NCBI GenBank assembly: GCA_031282245.1
Contig: JAITEB010000035.1
Span: 18,553-82,552, forward strand
Length of the DNA: 64,000 nucleotides
Source of the DNA: Oscillospiraceae bacterium
GTDB taxonomy: Bacteria > Bacillota > Clostridia > Oscillospirales > Ruminococcaceae
Reading direction: 5' to 3'
Numbering within the stretch: the first letter of the stretch is position 1; the number at the start of each line of letters is the position of its first letter. A program made the position numbers and the translations under genes. Shown one piece after another: positions 26,530-35,467 of this stretch. The notes under the pieces were generated by a model. That model was not told where the DNA came from and searched no databases. It saw nothing but the letters and a program-made list of their open reading frames with translations.

Positions 26530-28674
26530 ATGAAAAACAAACGGCCGCTAGTGTCAATAGCTTGCAGTTATCTTGCCACGCTATCGGCCGCTTTTCTGTT
26601 GAACAGCAAAATCCTGCTGAGCTTTACCAGACCTGCGCTTTTGCTTCTTGCCTCCTGTGCGCTTGCGCTGTCTTATCTGAAAATTAAAACAAAGCTTATG
26701 GAAACTGCCCTGCTTTGTACCGCTTCGGCTTGTGTCGCTTTGTTTATGTTTAACTTAAATATGCAAAACGCGTATATCCCCGCGGAAAGAATCAGCGGCG
26801 AGACACTTTATTCTCTGATTTATGTCCGGGAAGACTGCCACAGCAGCTATAAATACGCCTATATTTGCGATATAATGTCCACCGACAGCGGCGACGGAGC
26901 GGGGCTGAAAGTCCGGCTCCGTTCCGAGACGCCGCTGGAACCGGGCGATATTATTTCCTGCCAGGTTACATATTATACCCCGCGCAGATATGAAACTTTT
27001 GATTACCGGTCCTATCTGGCTTCTTTGGGGGTTTACGTTCAGGGTACAACAGAAGACGAAGCTGCGCTTGTGGAAAAAAGGCCTCTCCCGTTTACAGATA
27101 TTATCAGGAACAGCGTCAACGAAAGTTTGCGCAAATATATCAGCCCCGCCGAAAGCTTCCCGATAGCCATCGCCATGACTACAGGCGAACGCGCGGAGAT
27201 TTCCGAAGCAATCTATAATGATTTTGTGCGTGCGGGGATGATGCAGATTATCTCTATTTCGGGGATGCATTTCAGCATAATATCAGGCGGCGTTGGGGCT
27301 TTCCTCAAAAAACTCGGCTTGAAAAGAAAAGCCGCTTCCGGCGTGAATATAGCCTTCGCGGTTTTTTATATGGCGATTATCGGGGATTCGCCCTCGCTTT
27401 TCCGGGCGGGTGTGATGGAAATATTAAAGCTCTTTGCAGTTATTGCCGACCGCGAATACGACCAATTGAGCGCGCTGGCCTTTGCCGCGCTGCTCACGGC
27501 GGTCATAAACCCCTATAAGATTCAGTCTGTTTCGTTTATTCTCTCATATGCCGCTATGCTGGCGATTATTTTGGTTCTGCCCGGCGTGAACGGCTGGTTT
27601 ATGAACCGTCTCAAAAAATCCAAATTTGAGAAAAACAAAATAATCAGGCACATGGCCCAGGCTTTCGCAATGTCACTGACGCTTTCGGTCTGCATGATCC
27701 CGCTGAGCATTGTGTTCTTCAGGCGCGTAAGCACGGTTGCGCCTTTCGCAAATACTATGGCCGAGCCGCTTACCGCGCCGATTTTGGGCTTTTCTTTCCT
27801 GACGGCTGTGTTCGGAATGATCCCTCATATGGAGACTCCCGCCCGGTTTTTCGGGATGGCTGCCGGCGGATTTATCAGGATTTTTATATTTATAGCGCAG
27901 GCTTTCTCGGCCCTGCCATTTGCGGCATATTATCTCTGGGGCATGTATTTGCTTTTGGGGCTTGGTTTTGTTGCGGCCACAGCCGCTTTCTGCATAAAGC
28001 GCAGAAAGCCGAAAAAAGACTTCAAAAGGGCAGTGAGCGCCATAATAGCTTTTTTTGTGATTTTGCAGGGCTGGCATGTTTATCAAAGCCAGGACGATAT
28101 TATATTTACTATAGTGAATGCCCGTACGTCTTCAAGCTTTATTTTAAAAGCCGGGCGGGAAAATCTGGTATTCCTGAAAAACGCCGCGGAGTTCGACGCA
28201 AGCGGCATAGCCGGCGCCTGTTATGATATGGGCATTGAAAAGCTTGATTTGCTGCTGATCGCCGATAAAACCAGCCTTGGCGCCGCCGCGGAAATTATCG
28301 AAACCGCTCCGCCCGATCTGATAGTTCTCCCGGAAGGGATGCAAACGCGGCAGTATAAGTCCGAGCCTTACCGGGACGGAGTTATCAAAACGGTTTACAC
28401 AGAGACGCACATAAATGGCGGAAGCTTTCTTGTGGCTACTGCGGGGTTTTCTGTTCTGGTTCAGGACGGGAGCTGGGCGGTGGAGACTGATTTTATCCTT
28501 CCCGTGTATGTTCCGGCGGGCGATATCGTCGCGGCGAAGGCTTGTCTGGAGCGCAATATTTTGTTTAACGATCTGCCTGTTTTAAGGCCGGACGAATACG
28601 AGGAAATTTCTCTTTATGTGGACAGGCCGGGCACCGGGGAGATTTTTTTCGGCGGAACCAAATTAATTCTCTGA
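26530..28674 (+). CDS. comEC: ComEC/Rec2 family DNA internalisation channel protein (C-terminal metallo-beta-lactamase motifs degenerate)
   Basis: 714 aa with an N-terminal DUF4131-like region, a multi-TM competence domain (ISISGMHFSIISG), and a C-terminal globular domain. Confidence 0.8.
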   Translation: MKNKRPLVSIACSYLATLSAAFLLNSKILLSFTRPALLLLASCALALSYLKIKTKLMETALLCTASACVALFMFNLNMQNAYIPAERISGETLYSLIYVREDCHSSYKYAYICDIMSTDSGDGAGLKVRLRSETPLEPGDIISCQVTYYTPRRYETFDYRSYLASLGVYVQGTTEDEAALVEKRPLPFTDIIRNSVNESLRKYISPAESFPIAIAMTTGERAEISEAIYNDFVRAGMMQIISISGMHFSIISGGVGAFLKKLGLKRKAASGVNIAFAVFYMAIIGDSPSLFRAGVMEILKLFAVIADREYDQLSALAFAALLTAVINPYKIQSVSFILSYAAMLAIILVLPGVNGWFMNRLKKSKFEKNKIIRHMAQAFAMSLTLSVCMIPLSIVFFRRVSTVAPFANTMAEPLTAPILGFSFLTAVFGMIPHMETPARFFGMAAGGFIRIFIFIAQAFSALPFAAYYLWGMYLLLGLGFVAATAAFCIKRRKPKKDFKRAVSAIIAFFVILQGWHVYQSQDDIIFTIVNARTSSSFILKAGRENLVFLKNAAEFDASGIAGACYDMGIEKLDLLLIADKTSLGAAAEIIETAPPDLIVLPEGMQTRQYKSEPYRDGVIKTVYTETHINGGSFLVATAGFSVLVQDGSWAVETDFILPVYVPAGDIVAAKACLERNILFNDLPVLRPDEYEEISLYVDRPGTGEIFFGGTKLIL

Positions 28675-28701
28675 ATGCGGGCAAGCGCCCGTGATAAAAA
28701 A

Positions 28702-29799
28702 CTATAAAGTCCTTTCGGCGATCTGCAAAAGAACGCTTCTGAAATAATTCTCCCATGCGACAAAGTCCATGGCGGAAGCGTAGATTTTTTTCAGGGCTTT
28801 GCGGGCTTCCCGCTCTTTTGACTTCAGGATGGCGGCCTCGTTGAAAAGCTCGCCGACGGTGCGGCGGTTAAATTTTATTCGCTGTTTTTTTCGCTTGAGA
28901 AGGCTCTGATCCGTGAATCTCCGGCAATGCACATTCCGGCAGGCGTCAAAGCCTTCAGGCCGACAGCAACGGCTTGAAGTCATAAAACAAAGCTCCGCTT
29001 CGGGCACTATAATATGATCTATCTTGTCCTCGGGGAACAGCGGAGACGCGCAGACAATCAGATTATAGCCCATCTGCCGGATATAAAAATGCAGAGCGTC
29101 GAGAAGCAGTTTTGCGCCTGCTCCGTAATCGTCGTCTATTACATAAATTTTGGAGCAATATTCCATCGGGCTTGACGAAAACATGAAAAAACCTTCAGGG
29201 GAAAGCGCGCTTAAAAAGCGCGTGCGTTCCCAGGGTTTTTTGTCTTTTTTTCGGGTTTTCAGCTCTTTTGAGACAAGCCGCGAAGCGAACTGCACGATTT
29301 TAGAACTGTCTGTGCATTCCAGCGCGTATTCGTAAGTGTCTTTTGAGATAATTCCCGCCGTGTTTAAAAACCGGCTGACGCGCTCCGAAAGCACGTCCGC
29401 CTCGTTTGAAATGTCCCTGATTTCGCTACGGCGCCGGTAAATTGCGTCCGCGTCAAGGCAGGCATCAAGCGGTACAAGCGTTTCATAGGCGCCGGTATAG
29501 CGGGGGTTTATATTGTGCCGCGCGCTGCCGTCCGCAAAAGAAACTTTGATGCCGTGAAAAATTGCTCCGTTGAGACATTCCGGAGCCGACGAGTTATGTA
29601 TGCGCTCAATATGGCTGTCATATCTTTCAAGAGCGGAAAGCATTCTTGAAATAAACGCGGATTTACCTGTGCCGGGAGCGCCTTCAAGAATATATGTATG
29701 CCAGTCCGCGCCTTCCCCTGTAATTTCAGAAAAGCGCGACACAAACCCCTGGCAGGAATTCGCTGTCAGAAAAAAGTCCGCCGCTGTTTTTGGCCGCAT
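28702..29799 (-). CDS. Uncharacterised P-loop ATPase (recalls the PRK06851-type family)
   Basis: Walker A (LEGAPGTGKS) preceded by FFLTANSCQGFVSRF. Possible Walker B (KIYVIDDDYG). Cys-rich C-terminal segment. Start set at MRPKTAADFF, with GGAG 9 nt upstream. Confidence 0.55.
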   Translation of the reverse strand: MRPKTAADFFLTANSCQGFVSRFSEITGEGADWHTYILEGAPGTGKSAFISRMLSALERYDSHIERIHNSSAPECLNGAIFHGIKVSFADGSARHNINPRYTGAYETLVPLDACLDADAIYRRRSEIRDISNEADVLSERVSRFLNTAGIISKDTYEYALECTDSSKIVQFASRLVSKELKTRKKDKKPWERTRFLSALSPEGFFMFSSSPMEYCSKIYVIDDDYGAGAKLLLDALHFYIRQMGYNLIVCASPLFPEDKIDHIIVPEAELCFMTSSRCCRPEGFDACRNVHCRRFTDQSLLKRKKQRIKFNRRTVGELFNEAAILKSKEREARKALKKIYASAMDFVAWENYFRSVLLQIAERTL

Positions 29800-29935
29800 C
29801 TGCACCAACTCCGTATATTTAAGTTCTACAACCATAATATTAAAAACAGCAGGTTTTTGACACTGGTATTCATGACGGAGCAAAGCGCCTTTCTAGATTC
29901 GGCAGCTGTCTCCGGAAAAAACTCGCAAAGCGTGC

Positions 29936-29964
29936 TTGACAAATAATGCAAAGCGCGCTATACT
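29936..29964 (+). promoter_or_regulatory. Candidate sigmaA promoter (TTGACA-17-TATACT) for the XRE regulator, flanked by AATGCAAA repeats
   Basis: TTGACA at 29936-29941 and TATACT at 29959-29964. AATGCAAA occurs at 29944 and 29969, with an inverted GCATTGCA at about 29982. Confidence 0.5.
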
Positions 29965-30013
29965 TGAAATGCAAACCTGGCATTGCAGAAACATAAAAGG
30001 GGGTATAAGCCGC

Positions 30014-30223
30014 TTGAAAACCAGGATCCGCGAACTGCGCAAACAAAGCAAGCTCTCCCAGGAAGAGCTTGCTTTCGCGGTCGGAACAACAAGGCAGACC
30101 ATCACTTCTATCGAAACTGAGAAGTATACCGCCTCGCTGGTTCTGGCATATAAAATAGCGCATTATTTTAAGCTGCAAATAGAAGAAGTATTTGACTTTT
30201 CAGACTTGGAGGAAAAACACTGA
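30014..30223 (+). CDS. XRE-family helix-turn-helix transcriptional regulator (small, ~69 aa)
   Basis: LKTRIRELRKQSKLSQEELAFAVGTTRQTITSIETEKYTASLVLAYKIAHYF is a classic Cro/CI HTH. TTG start, about 10 nt after AAAGGGGG. Confidence 0.8.
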   Translation: MKTRIRELRKQSKLSQEELAFAVGTTRQTITSIETEKYTASLVLAYKIAHYFKLQIEEVFDFSDLEEKH

Positions 30224-30672
30224 TGGAAAACTTTAAAAAACAAATTCAGAAACGGCAAAGAATTTTTATTGCGGGCATAATGGCGGCCGCTGCCCTGATG
30301 ATTGTTTTTTCCCGCAGCGCTGTAAAAAGCAGCCCCGCAGAGACGTATCCGTTCTATCTGATGGGCTTCAGCGCCGGTTTTTCTATGGCGCTGACAGTCC
30401 GGTATGCGCTTCTGCTTGGGCGCTACAGAAAAATTCTGAATGACGAGACAGAGCTTAAAAAGCTCTACAACGAGGAAAACGACGAGCGCAACAGAATGAT
30501 AAGCGAAAAATCCGGCGGAATGATCGTGAAATACTGCGCGGGCGTTATTGTCTTCGCCGGGCTTGTCAGCAGTTTTTTCAGCATGATCGTCATGTCCACG
30601 CTGATGGCCTGCGCTTTTTTCCTGCTGATTGTCCGGAAAGCGTTGATGCTGTATTACAGCCGCAAATTTTAG
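30223..30672 (+). CDS. Membrane protein (4 predicted TM) co-transcribed with the XRE regulator
   Basis: TGATG stop/start overlap with the regulator. Hydrophobic segments flank a charged ELKKLYNEENDERNRMISEK loop. Confidence 0.6.
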   Translation: MENFKKQIQKRQRIFIAGIMAAAALMIVFSRSAVKSSPAETYPFYLMGFSAGFSMALTVRYALLLGRYRKILNDETELKKLYNEENDERNRMISEKSGGMIVKYCAGVIVFAGLVSSFFSMIVMSTLMACAFFLLIVRKALMLYYSRKF

Positions 30673-30840
30673 GGGGAAGCTCTTTTAAAATGCCAACTAC
30701 TGCAAATTTTAGGGGGAAGCTCTTTTAAAATGCCAACCACTGCAAATTTTAGGGGGAAGCTCTTTTAAAATGCCAACCACTGCAAATTTTAGGAGGGAAG
30801 CTCTTTTAAAATGCCAACTACTGCAAATTTTAGGAGGGAA
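30662..30840. repeat. Tandem array: 4.5 units of 40-41 bp (GCAAATTTTAGGGGGAAGCTCTTTTAAAATGCCAACYACT)
   Basis: Unit starts are at 30662, 30702, 30742, 30782 and 30823. Each unit comprises the last 13 nt of the upstream CDS (including the TAG), a 6-7 nt spacer, and about 21 nt of the outer TIR of element B. Confidence 0.9.
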
Positions 30841-31067
30841 GCTCTTTTAAAATGCCAACCACCCCGCCCTTTGGGCACCCCTCCACAGGAGGGGAATTGT
30901 CACGCGGTGTGCTATGCAATTTTTGCACCCCACGCTCGGAATTTGGAATGCATGTGCAGGGGCAACATTCTGGGCGTGGGGTACAAGCCATAAATAACAA
31001 GACGGGCTACAATTCCCCTCCTGTGGAGGGGTGCCCAAAGGGCGGGGTGGTTGGCATTTTAAAAAGC
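30841..31067. mobile_element. Hairpin (MITE/REP-like) element copy B, 227 bp
   Basis: Left arm: GCTCTTTTAAAATGCCAACCACCCCGCCCTTTGGGCACCCCTCCACAGGAGGGGAATT. The right arm (31010-31067) is its reverse complement. Confidence 0.8.
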
Positions 31068-32102
31068 CTGGCCTTCAAGATTTTCTTTTATTACAATGCC
31101 GATAGACGTATAATAAAATTCCCTGCACGGCCTGATTCCCATCCCTGCGTAATCAAGCAAAATACCCAGCGGTTTCGCTCCCTGCACAAATGGTTCCTGA
31201 GTGATAGAAGCCGCTATCATGCCCGATTTAATTTGCTCGCAGGAGACGGCGGTCACATCGAAGCTCAATATTTTCACTTTGCCTTTCAACCCCATATCGC
31301 CCACGGCGCGGCAGGCGCCCGCCACGCCCGCCGCCGCAAGGAAAAGCGCGTCAGTTTCGGGGTGTTTTTCCAGCAGGCGCTTCGTCACAATATAGCTCTC
31401 TATGTCGTCGTCGTTGTTGACCGCCGCCGCGACTACTTTCAGCCCGCGATACTCTTCTTCAATGCGGCGCATAAATCCCGCGATTCTCTCGGAATGGCAG
31501 AGCACAAGGGGGGAACCGCTCACAATCCCGACGAAAGCGTTCCCGGAGCAAATCATGTTCATAAGCCCGGCGGCTGTTTCTCCGCTGCGCAGGTAGTCGC
31601 TGCCGACATAGGCGATACGGCCGCATTCCGGGATGTCGGAATTGACTGTGACGACCGGGAAGTCGGAGTCGGCCAAAACCTTAATCCGTTTGGCGACGGC
31701 CGGGTGGTTAATCGGCGTTATAGCAAGACCCGCAATCCCGCTTTCGTAAAGCTCGTCGACAAGCCTTAGCTGCAAAGCCGGGTCGTCGATGGCGGCGTAA
31801 CGTATAGAAACGCTTACGCCATATTCCGAAAGCTCCGCCGCGCGGCTTTCTATGCCGCGTACAACTTCCAGGAAAAAGGGGTTGCTGGAGGTGCTGCTAA
31901 ATAATATATACCCGAAGCGAAGCTGTTTTTTTTTGACCGCAAGGGTCTTCCCGGCCAGGTTTGGGCTGTATTTAAGGGCTTTGGCAATATCGTTGATTTT
32001 TTTTTCTTTTTCGGAGCTGACAGAGCCGCGCTTATTCAGAACTCTGTCAACCGTGCCCCGCGACACTCCCGCGAGCGCCGCTATTTCTTTTATGGTAGAC
32101 AT
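31059..32102 (-). CDS. LacI-family transcriptional regulator (candidate xylose-operon repressor)
   Basis: N-terminal HTH (MSTIKEIAALAGVSRGTVDRVLNKRGSVS) and a periplasmic-binding-protein-like core. It is divergent from xylB-xylA. Confidence 0.88.
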   Translation of the reverse strand: MSTIKEIAALAGVSRGTVDRVLNKRGSVSSEKEKKINDIAKALKYSPNLAGKTLAVKKKQLRFGYILFSSTSSNPFFLEVVRGIESRAAELSEYGVSVSIRYAAIDDPALQLRLVDELYESGIAGLAITPINHPAVAKRIKVLADSDFPVVTVNSDIPECGRIAYVGSDYLRSGETAAGLMNMICSGNAFVGIVSGSPLVLCHSERIAGFMRRIEEEYRGLKVVAAAVNNDDDIESYIVTKRLLEKHPETDALFLAAAGVAGACRAVGDMGLKGKVKILSFDVTAVSCEQIKSGMIAASITQEPFVQGAKPLGILLDYAGMGIRPCREFYYTSIGIVIKENLEGQAF

Positions 32103-32142
32103 AGAACTTCACCTGCTGTAACTTATTAAAAATCCTGAAATT

Positions 32143-32156
32143 TGTGCACGCGCAAA
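32143..32156. promoter_or_regulatory. Candidate LacI-type operator 1 (TGTGCACGCGCAAA)
   Basis: 14-nt imperfect palindrome around a central CG. It shares ATTTGTGCACG with site 2 and lies 41 nt upstream of the regulator's ATG. Confidence 0.4.
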
Positions 32157-32286
32157 TCACTTTTATAATTATACTATAGAGCTTTCTGATAGTAAAGCGC
32201 GTTTTTAAATTTTATTTCTGTATTTTATTTGGCCTATAATTTTGAGCGTTTTCAACAAAATAAAAATAAAATTTATAAAAAAGATA

Positions 32287-32315
32287 TTGACTTTTTTGAG
32301 TTTTAAGATTATTAT
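32287..32315 (+). promoter_or_regulatory. Candidate sigmaA promoter for xylB-xylA (TTGACT-17-TATTAT)
   Basis: TTGACT at 32287-32292, a 17-nt spacer, and TATTAT at 32310-32315. Confidence 0.45.
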
Positions 32316-32394
32316 TATAGCGTATTTATAAAGTTGCGCCTGTAATTGAATATCTGCGCAAAAGCCCCGGGCGGGCGATTTTTTTCAGGAGATT

Positions 32395-32408
32395 TGTGCA
32401 CGGGCACA
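32395..32408. promoter_or_regulatory. Candidate LacI-type operator 2 (TGTGCACGGGCACA)
   Basis: Half-sites TGTGCAC and GGGCACA match 6/7 as an inverted repeat around CG. It lies between the xyl promoter and the xylB start. Confidence 0.45.
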
Positions 32409-32464
32409 CAATATTTTTATTTATAGATTTTTATTTATCAAAGGAGGACTGGTTTATCCCAAAC

Positions 32465-33988
32465 ATGAAATATTTAATCGGCATAGACTTGGGCACTTCC
32501 GGTACAAAGACTGTATTGTTTGACGAAAGGGGCGGAAGCGTCGCTTCCGCGACGGTTGAATATCCGCTTTATCAGCCGAGGAACGGCTGGGCGGAGCAGG
32601 ATCCGGCGGATTGGTGGAACGCCTGCGTTTCTTCGCTCAGACAGGTTTTGGAAAGCTCCGGAGTTAATCCGGGGGACATTGCGGGGATCGGTTTTTCCGG
32701 GCAGATGCACGGGCTTGTACTTCTGGATGAAGACGGCGAAGTCCTCCGCAACAGCATTATTTGGTGCGACGGCCGCACAAGCGCCGAGTGCGCCGAAATC
32801 ACGGAAGCAATCGGCGCGCGGCGCTTGATTGAAATCAGCGCGAATCCCGCTCTGACGGGCTTCACCGCCGGTAAAATCCTCTGGGTGCGCAAAAATGAGC
32901 CGGAAATTTACGCGCGGGCAAGACATATTCTGCTCCCGAAAGATTATCTGCGTTATAAGCTCACCGGGGTTTTCGCAACGGAAGTAAGCGACGCTTCCGG
33001 GATGAATCTGCTTGATGTGCCCAGGCGCCGGTGGAGCGCGGAAATTCTTGAAAAGCTTGCTATTGACCCGGCTCTGCTGCCTTCTATGCATGAATCTTAT
33101 GAGGTCACGGGCTATATAACTGACGAGATGGCGGCTTTGACTGGCCTGAAAGCCGGAACGCCTGTTGTGGGCGGCGCGGGGGACAATGCGGCGGCGGCGA
33201 TTGGCACAGGCATTGTTGAGAGCGGCAAGGCGTTTATCACAATCGGGACTTCCGGCGTGATATTCGCGCATTCTGACAACGTGACGATCGACCCGAAGGG
33301 GCGCGTGCATACTTTCTGCTCGGCCGTGCCGGGCGCCTGGACTGTTATGAGCTGCACGCTTGCCGCCGGGGGAAGTCTTCAATGGTTCAAAAATAATTTT
33401 TGTGAGCCGGAAAGCGAAAAAGCCGCTGAGACTGGGCAGGATGTGTATGTCCTGCTGGATAAAATGGCAATGGAAGTTCCGGCGGGTTCAAACCGCCTGC
33501 TGTTCCTGCCTTATCTGATGGGCGAACGCAGCCCTGTACTCCAGCCGGAAGCCCGGGGCGTGTTTTTCGGCCTGTCCGGTATGCACAAAAAAGCTGATTT
33601 AATACGCGCCGTGATGGAAGGCGTTGTGTATTCGCAGAAGGATTGCCTTGACGTTTTGCGCGAGATGCGTGTGCCGTTCAAAGAGATAAGCGCGACTGGC
33701 GGCGGCGGAAAAAGCCCGCTGTGGCGGCGGATGATGGCCGACGCTTTCGGCTGCCCGATTGCCGTCGCGGACAAAGCGGAAGGCCCCGCGCTGGGTGCGG
33801 CGATACTTGCGGGGGTCGGCACGGGCGTGTATAATAGCGTTCCGGAAGCCTGCGCGGAGCTTATTCACGTAAAGCAAAGACAGGAGCCGGATTTGGCGAA
33901 CGGCGAAATCTACGGGAGATATTATAATTTATACAAGCGGGTTTACGCTCAGCTTGCGGGACAGTTTGAAACGCTGTCGTTATTATAA
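32465..33988 (+). CDS. xylB: Xylulokinase
   Basis: FGGY kinase. It starts [20 protein letters not shown] and carries GFSGQMHG and [15 protein letters not shown]-like motifs. It is adjacent to xylA. Confidence 0.9.
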   Translation: MKYLIGIDLGTSGTKTVLFDERGGSVASATVEYPLYQPRNGWAEQDPADWWNACVSSLRQVLESSGVNPGDIAGIGFSGQMHGLVLLDEDGEVLRNSIIWCDGRTSAECAEITEAIGARRLIEISANPALTGFTAGKILWVRKNEPEIYARARHILLPKDYLRYKLTGVFATEVSDASGMNLLDVPRRRWSAEILEKLAIDPALLPSMHESYEVTGYITDEMAALTGLKAGTPVVGGAGDNAAAAIGTGIVESGKAFITIGTSGVIFAHSDNVTIDPKGRVHTFCSAVPGAWTVMSCTLAAGGSLQWFKNNFCEPESEKAAETGQDVYVLLDKMAMEVPAGSNRLLFLPYLMGERSPVLQPEARGVFFGLSGMHKKADLIRAVMEGVVYSQKDCLDVLREMRVPFKEISATGGGGKSPLWRRMMADAFGCPIAVADKAEGPALGAAILAGVGTGVYNSVPEACAELIHVKQRQEPDLANGEIYGRYYNLYKRVYAQLAGQFETLSLL

Positions 33989-34023
33989 ATTTTAGATTAT
34001 TATCAGAGAGGCTGGTTTATTGC

Positions 34024-35343
34024 ATGTCGGAAATTTTTAAAGGCATACCCCAAATCGAATACGAAGGCGCAAAAAGCCGGAATCCGCTTGCCTTCAAATA
34101 CTATGACCCCGAAAAAGTTGTAGCCGGAAAAACAATGCGCGAGCAGCTCAGGTTCGCCATGGCATGGTGGCACAATCTGTGCGCCACAGGGACGGACATG
34201 TTCGGCTCCGGCACGGCGGACAAATCTTTCGGCGCGGAGCCGGGCACGCTTGATCACGCCCTGGCGAAAGTCGACGCGGGCTTTGAGTTCATGGAGAAAA
34301 TCGGCGTTGATTATTTCTGCTTTCATGATATAGATTTAGTCCCGGAAGCCGGGGACATAAAAGAAACCAACAAGCGGCTCGACGAGGTTTCGGACTATAT
34401 TCTTGAAAAAATGAAGGCTATGGGCAAGAAAAATCTTTGGGGCACGGCCAACATGTTCAGCAACCTCCGCTATGCCAACGGCGCGGGAAGCTCGAATTCG
34501 GCGGATGTTTTCTGTTTTGCGGCGGCGCAGATCAAAAAGGCGCTTGATATAACCGTCAAGTTTGGCGGCCAGGGTTATGTGTTCTGGGGCGGCCGCGAAG
34601 GCTATGAAAGCCTTTTGAACACAGACGTGAAATTCGAGCAGGAAAATATTGCAAAATTAATGCGCATGGCCGTCGATTACGGCAGAGGCATCGGCTTTAC
34701 CGGAGATTTCTTTATTGAGCCGAAGCCGAAGGAGCCTATGAAGCACCAGTATGATTTTGACGCGGCGACTTCTATTTGTTTTTTGCGGCAGTACGGCCTT
34801 GACAAAGATTTCAAGCTCAATATTGAAGCCAACCACGCGACGCTTGCCGGGCATACTTTCCAGCACGAACTGCGCATTTCAGCCATAAACGGCATGCTGG
34901 GCAGCGTTGACGCAAACCAGGGCGATCTGCTTCTTGGCTGGGACACCGACGAATTCCCGTTTAATATTTATGACACGACTTTCTGTATGTATGAAATTCT
35001 TAAGGCGGGCGGCCTTAAAAACGGCGGCCTGAATTTTGACGCGAAAAACCGCCGCCCAAGCTGGACGCATGAGGATATGTTCAAGGGTTTTATTCTGGGC
35101 ATGGATTCGTTTGCGCTGGGGCTTATCAAGGCCGACGAACTTATTCGGGACGGCCGCTTGGATGAATTTACAGAAAACCGTTATGCAAGCTATAGCAGCG
35201 GCATAGGCGCAAAAATCCGCTCCGGCGAAACCAGCCTTGAGGAACTTGCGGCGCGCGCCGAAGAGCTGGGCGCTCCCGCGCAGCCTTCTTCCGGGGAGCA
35301 GGAATATTTGCAGAGCGTTGTTAATTCCGTTATGTTCGGCTGA
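34024..35343 (+). CDS. xylA: Xylose isomerase
   Basis: 439 aa with [21 protein letters not shown] and [14 protein letters not shown], which are diagnostic XylA motifs. Confidence 0.95.
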   Translation: MSEIFKGIPQIEYEGAKSRNPLAFKYYDPEKVVAGKTMREQLRFAMAWWHNLCATGTDMFGSGTADKSFGAEPGTLDHALAKVDAGFEFMEKIGVDYFCFHDIDLVPEAGDIKETNKRLDEVSDYILEKMKAMGKKNLWGTANMFSNLRYANGAGSSNSADVFCFAAAQIKKALDITVKFGGQGYVFWGGREGYESLLNTDVKFEQENIAKLMRMAVDYGRGIGFTGDFFIEPKPKEPMKHQYDFDAATSICFLRQYGLDKDFKLNIEANHATLAGHTFQHELRISAINGMLGSVDANQGDLLLGWDTDEFPFNIYDTTFCMYEILKAGGLKNGGLNFDAKNRRPSWTHEDMFKGFILGMDSFALGLIKADELIRDGRLDEFTENRYASYSSGIGAKIRSGETSLEELAARAEELGAPAQPSSGEQEYLQSVVNSVMFG

Positions 35344-35351
35344 GTTTAATC

Positions 35352-35387
35352 AAAAAAGGGAAGCTCTGAGCAGGGCTTCCCTTTTTT
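35352..35387. terminator. Bidirectional intrinsic terminator between xylA and era
   Basis: AAAAAAGGGAAGC, loop, then GCTTCCCTTTTTT. An A-run and a T-run flank a GC stem. Confidence 0.8.
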
Positions 35388-35467
35388 GATTGCTGATTTG
35401 GTTTGTTGAGACGGCGGGCTGCCGCACGCCGAACGAGCATAAATCTCGGGCGAACGGCGTTCGCTAT

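Noticed and set aside
30811-31038. Short ORFs running through the hairpin elements, with translations containing PPRPLGTPPQEGNC or FGHPSTGGEL. Similar ORFs occur at 19319-19663 and 36240-36818.
   Set aside because: They occur in both orientations because the DNA is palindromic. They lack RBS and their reading frames differ between copies. They are translation artefacts of the repeat.
30662-31067. Considered whether the 40-bp tandem units could be a small CRISPR array.
   Set aside because: The units are directly contiguous with no unique spacers. Their sequence is a gene-end/TIR junction, and no cas genes or leader are present.
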